Source: Eledone cirrhosa
Lineage: Eukaryota
Direction of reading: 5' to 3'
Assembly (NCBI GenBank): GCA_964016885.1
Contig: OZ024744.1
Location: 105,710,001-105,774,000, forward strand
DNA length: 64,000 bases
In this document: positions 63,349 through 64,000 of the stretch, piece after piece
Layout of the letters: each line of letters starts with the position of its first letter
Position numbering within the stretch: the stretch's first letter is position 1
Program-made: the position numbers and the translations under genes
Notes under the pieces: model-generated
Told to the model about the DNA's origin: nothing
Database searches by the model: none
Seen by the model: only the letters and a program-made list of their open reading frames with translations

Positions 63349-64000
63349 TACTCAACAATGTCTTGGAGAAAGGTACTGCTGAGTTGCACTATATATCTCT
63401 CTATAAATGGTACTCAACAGTGTCTTGGAGAAAGGTACTGCTGAGTTGCACTATATATCTCTCTATAAATGGTACTCAACAGTGTCTTGGAGAAAGGTAC
63501 TGCTGAGTTGCACTATATATCTCTCTATAAATGGTACTCAACAATGTCTTGGAGAAAGGTACTGCTGAGTTGCACTATATATCTCTCTATAAATGGTACT
63601 CAACAGTGTCTTGGAGAAAGGTACTGCTGAGTTGCACTATATATCTCTCTATAAATGGTACTCAACAATGTCTTGGAGAAAGGTACTGCTGAGTTGCACT
63701 ATATATCTCTCTATAAATGGTACTCAACAGTGTCTTGGAGAAAGGTACTGCTGAGTTGCACTATATATCTCTCTATAAATGGTACTCAACAGTGTCTTGG
63801 AGAAAGGTACTGCTGAGTTGCACTATATATCTCTCTATAAATGGTACTCAACAGTGTCTTGGAGAAAGGTACTGCTGAGTTGCACTATATATCTCTCTAT
63901 AAATGGTACTCAACAGTGTCTTGGAGAAAGGTACTGCTGAGTTGCACTATATATCTCTCTATAAATGGTACTCAACAATGTCTTGGAGAAAGGTACTGCT
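63349..64000. repeat. 62-bp minisatellite, runs off the window end
   Basis: Unit TACTCAACA(A/G)TGTCTTGGAGAAAGGTACTGCTGAGTTGCACTATATATCTCTCTATAAATGG. Confidence 0.96.

Overview
AT-rich, repeat-dense eukaryotic DNA. The SINE and RTE-LINE repertoire looks cephalopod (Octopus-like); this is an inference from recognition, not a database result. The only host coding sequence found is three consecutive + strand exons (51242-51387, 54523-54711, 56287-56362) of a SIPA1L-family RapGAP gene, so most or all of the window is probably intronic. The rest consists of large satellites (23, 43, 59, 48, 20 and 62 bp units), three RTE-clade LINE copies, several tRNA-derived SINE families, piggyBac, hAT and Tigger-type MITEs, mariner remnants and a CRE-type LINE fragment. 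The main unannotated signal is eight type I hammerhead ribozyme motifs from four unrelated sequence families. They have palindromic helix III, and one family shows covarying helix II. They sit in non-coding, mostly (TA)n-embedded units (about 430-500 nt where both ends can be defined) arranged as tandem and inverted copies, i.e. Penelope-like pLTR or retrozyme architecture. One 481-nt unit begins exactly at its predicted self-cleavage site. All folds were derived by hand and activity is untested.
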